From an uncultured delta proteobacterium (GTDB lineage: Bacteria; Myxococcota_A; Polyangia; Polyangiales; Polyangiaceae): a DNA stretch of 64,000 nucleotides. The notes beneath the pieces were generated by a model. That model was not told where the DNA came from. It saw only the letters and a list, made by a program, of their open reading frames with translations, and did not search any database. The position numbers and the translations under genes were made by a program. Below are positions 61,422 to 64,000 of the stretch, piece by piece (the first letter of the stretch is position 1; every line of letters begins with the position of its first letter). The DNA is taken from assembly GCA_963696385.1 (NCBI GenBank), contig CAVOKF010000007.1, positions 224,001-288,000 of the forward strand, in the 5' to 3' direction.

Positions 61422-63060
61422 CGATCCTCGGCTTTCGTGCGGGGGTGAGACCGCTCGACACGGCTCCCGACGACGCCGCGGGTCGCGCGGAGGGCGGTTG
61501 CCGCAGCGCGGCCGTGGGAAACGCTCTGGGCAAGAGACTACCGGGCGGTGGACCCGCGTCGGAACCCCTTGCCGCGCTCGACCCCTGCGAAGACCCGGTC
61601 GCCGCCGATGTGACGAAGGCCAAACGCTCGCTGTCCGAGCCTGCCGCGGCTTGCGCCCCCTGCACCGCTGGGTTCTGGCTCACGGGCAATGCCTCGGCGG
61701 CCACGACCGGCGGTGACGCTCCATACGCCGACCGCACCGACCAGGCGCCGGACGCCGCAACCGACGGAGTGGCCGACGAGGCGCCGGACGCCGCAACGGA
61801 CGGAGTGGCCGACAACCGAAGAGCCGTGGCCGCCGCGGCGCCGACAAGCGACACCGCAAGCGCGGTCGAACGAAGCGACAGTCGGCGCCCTCCGGGAGAA
61901 CGCAACGGCAGCCCCACGGCAGCGGAGCCCAGGCTCCCGTTGGGGAGTGCCGGCTCGCCGGGAGTGGAGGAAATGGGGTCACCGGGGTCGCGGGCGGGGT
62001 TCGGAGCTTCGTGGTCGGTTCGGGCAGGGTGCGTGGGATCGCCCGTACGCCTCGGCGGCCGAAGGCTCTCTCGCTGGGCTGCGGCCTTCAGCCCGCGCTG
62101 CATGGCCTCTTTTCGAGCTGCCGCGCGCGTGACCAGGTGCGGCTCGAGAAACGTCGCCACGGCCGCGGTGTCGGCGACCCACTTCGCCGCGACCATGGCC
62201 GATTCGATCGCTTGCTGCATCGCGGCGGCCGTCTCGAAGCGCTTCTCCGGCTGCGCCTCGAGCGCGCGGCGCACGACGCTCGCCACCGCCTCGTGAACCG
62301 TCGTGAGCGGGGGCGGAGGCACCCCGCTGGTCAAAGCCGACAGAATCTGCACGTCGTTGTCGCGCTCGTAGGGAGCTTTGCCGCTGAGCGCCTCGTAGAG
62401 AATGGCGCCAATGGCCCAGAGGTCGGCGCGACGATCGTACGCGGTGCCCCACGCGAGCTCCGGAGCCATGTACCGCACCTTCCCCTTGATGGTCCCGGTA
62501 CTCGTGTTCCCGCTCAATCGATCGCGGGCCTTGGCGATGCCGAAGTCGATGAGCTTCGCGTCACCGCTCGGCCCCACGAGAATGTTGTGCGGGGACACAT
62601 CCCGGTGCACGACGCCGAGAAGCTGACCCTCCTGCCCACGAAGTTCATGCGCCGCGTGTAGCCCTCTGCAAACGTCGGCCATGATTCGCAGAATGATCGC
62701 GGGCGACCACTTGGCGCCGCTCGCCTTCAGGACCCGGTTGATCGTCGAAAGCGCGTCCCCATCGACGTATTCGATGACAAGATAGGTCACCCCCTGCTGC
62801 TCGCCCACGTCGAGAACTCGGGCCACGTTGTTGTGCTCAATACGCGACGTGATGCGCGCCTCCTCGAGAAACATCGTTTGAAACGACGCGTCGGCTGCAA
62901 ATTCAGGTAAGATCGTCTTGATTGCGACGATGCGTTCGAATCCGTGCTTGCCGGTCTGCCGAGCGATCCAAACGCTGGCCATACCACCGCGCGCGATCGG
63001 ACAAATGAGCTCGTAGCGATCGAGCACAAGTCCGGGCGCCAGCGTGGTCCAAGCCTCCAT
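61408..63060 (-). CDS. membrane Ser/Thr protein kinase
   Basis: IARGGMASVW, VAIK, HRDVSPHN, DFGIAK, KGKVRYMAPE, TM segment and low-complexity tail. Confidence 0.95.
   Translation of the reverse strand: MEAWTTLAPGLVLDRYELICPIARGGMASVWIARQTGKHGFERIVAIKTILPEFAADASFQTMFLEEARITSRIEHNNVARVLDVGEQQGVTYLVIEYVDGDALSTINRVLKASGAKWSPAIILRIMADVCRGLHAAHELRGQEGQLLGVVHRDVSPHNILVGPSGDAKLIDFGIAKARDRLSGNTSTGTIKGKVRYMAPELAWGTAYDRRADLWAIGAILYEALSGKAPYERDNDVQILSALTSGVPPPPLTTVHEAVASVVRRALEAQPEKRFETAAAMQQAIESAMVAAKWVADTAAVATFLEPHLVTRAAARKEAMQRGLKAAAQRESLRPPRRTGDPTHPARTDHEAPNPARDPGDPISSTPGEPALPNGSLGSAAVGLPLRSPGGRRLSLRSTALAVSLVGAAAATALRLSATPSVAASGASSATPSVAASGAWSVRSAYGASPPVVAAEALPVSQNPAVQGAQAAAGSDSERLAFVTSAATGSSQGSSAARGSDAGPPPGSLLPRAFPTAALRQPPSARPAASSGAVSSGLTPARKPRIDDGF
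61743..61813. repeat. 36-bp intragenic tandem repeat (2 copies)
   Basis: Encodes SATPSVAASGA twice in the kinase tail. Confidence 0.85.
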
Positions 63061-63249
63061 GAGCCAGCCTAACTATCGCGCATACCGTTCGTTTGCGCGA
63101 GTCCATCCAATGGCGGCTTACATGTGCAGACAGGAGATCACGGATTCGCTGTATTCATACCCAAACCCCCAATCGCCTCCCGGCGATTGAAGGTCACCGC
63201 CCGGCTGATCCCTTTGTTCTGGGGCGGTGTCCTTAGGCCCGTTGCGTGC

Positions 63250-64000
63250 ATGGACGTATCTTGGCCTGTGCAGTTTGCGTTTCGGCTCGTGGCCGGCGTC
63301 GCGCTCGCGTGCGCGGCGGTTGCGTGCGCGTCCATCACCGGGCTCGACGCGTACACGAAGGGCGATTGCGCAGGCGATTGCGATGCGGGCGAAAAAGCGG
63401 ACGTCGCTGACTCCTGGTCGGACGCGGCCGATGGCGGGCTCGACGCCGTGGCGCCCGACGCCGTGACGCCCGACGCCGTGGCACCCGACGCCGTGGCACC
63501 CGACGCCGTGGCACCCGACGCCGTGGCACCCGACGCCGTGACGCCCGACGCCGTGGCGCCCGACGTGACCGTCAGCGGAGAGATCTTCGACGCCGCAGAC
63601 GAAAAGGGCGATTCGCCGGATGCTCGAGAGTCGTCTGTCGAGTGCGATGCCGACTCCTGTTCTCCGCCCGAATACGCGTGCGAACGGGGCGGCTGCAACG
63701 CCCCCGGCGGTTTGTGCAACGCCTCGGGCCAGCGGTGCAGTTGTACGACCAACGCCCAGTGCCCGAGCGGCTTGTGCGTCGCGGCTTTGGGCCAAAATGA
63801 CCTGTCGTGCGGCGCACGATGCACGGGCTCGGGCGTGGCCGATGGCTTTGGGTGCCTGCTGGCAAGCCCCGGGATTCCGACCGTCTCCAACTCGGCATTC
63901 GCTTACACGCCGCGCAACTTCGTTGCAGCGAATTATACGCCGCCGACGAGCGCGACGATCATCGATTGCGACACGACATACGACTCCACCGACCACACTT
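63250..64000 (+). CDS. Cys-rich lipoprotein with DAVAP repeats (partial, runs off the window)
   Basis: MDVSWPVQFAFRLVAGVALACAAVACASITGLD..., open to the window end; absent from the ORF track because there is no stop. Confidence 0.75.
   Translation, partial: MDVSWPVQFAFRLVAGVALACAAVACASITGLDAYTKGDCAGDCDAGEKADVADSWSDAADGGLDAVAPDAVTPDAVAPDAVAPDAVAPDAVAPDAVTPDAVAPDVTVSGEIFDAADEKGDSPDARESSVECDADSCSPPEYACERGGCNAPGGLCNASGQRCSCTTNAQCPSGLCVAALGQNDLSCGARCTGSGVADGFGCLLASPGIPTVSNSAFAYTPRNFVAANYTPPTSATIIDCDTTYDSTDHT
63442..63561. repeat. 15-bp tandem repeat, 8 copies
   Basis: GACGCCGTG(G/A)C(G/A)CCC x8, encoding DAV(A/T)P. Confidence 0.95.

Noticed and set aside
63442..63561. Repeat array as CRISPR
   Set aside because: Contiguous 15-bp units with no spacers, in frame within a CDS, and no cas genes in the window.

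Overview
GC-rich bacterial chromosomal window. Gene content (many lipoproteins with Ser/Ala/Asp linkers, HRDVSPHN-type Ser/Thr kinases, ECF sigma/anti-sigma cassette, Cys-rich repeat proteins) suggests a myxobacterium, probably Polyangiaceae-like (inference). Main contents: GH28 and GH43 lipoproteins; a translationally coupled SNF2 helicase / Mre11(SbcD)-like nuclease / Rad50(SbcC)-like ATPase operon, the best candidate for an uncharacterised DNA-processing or defence system; a 3,765-bp IS21-family element with three extra ORFs, which splits an ECF sigma gene and has a perfect 6-bp target duplication; a small-protein plus nucleotidyltransferase pair; a truncated tcmP with an intact DUF5131 gene; a CIRCE-controlled groES-groEL operon; a kinase-ATPase-TPR protein; a Tat FAD oxidase plus porin; and a nine-gene chemosensory cluster with a soluble multi-PAS receptor. 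Five apparent +1 frameshifts each sit on GAATC/GATTC and are repaired by collapsing the site to GATC, which suggests a systematic basecalling error at a modified GATC motif. No rRNA, tRNA or CRISPR array was recognised. All family calls come from motif recognition by eye, not from database searches.
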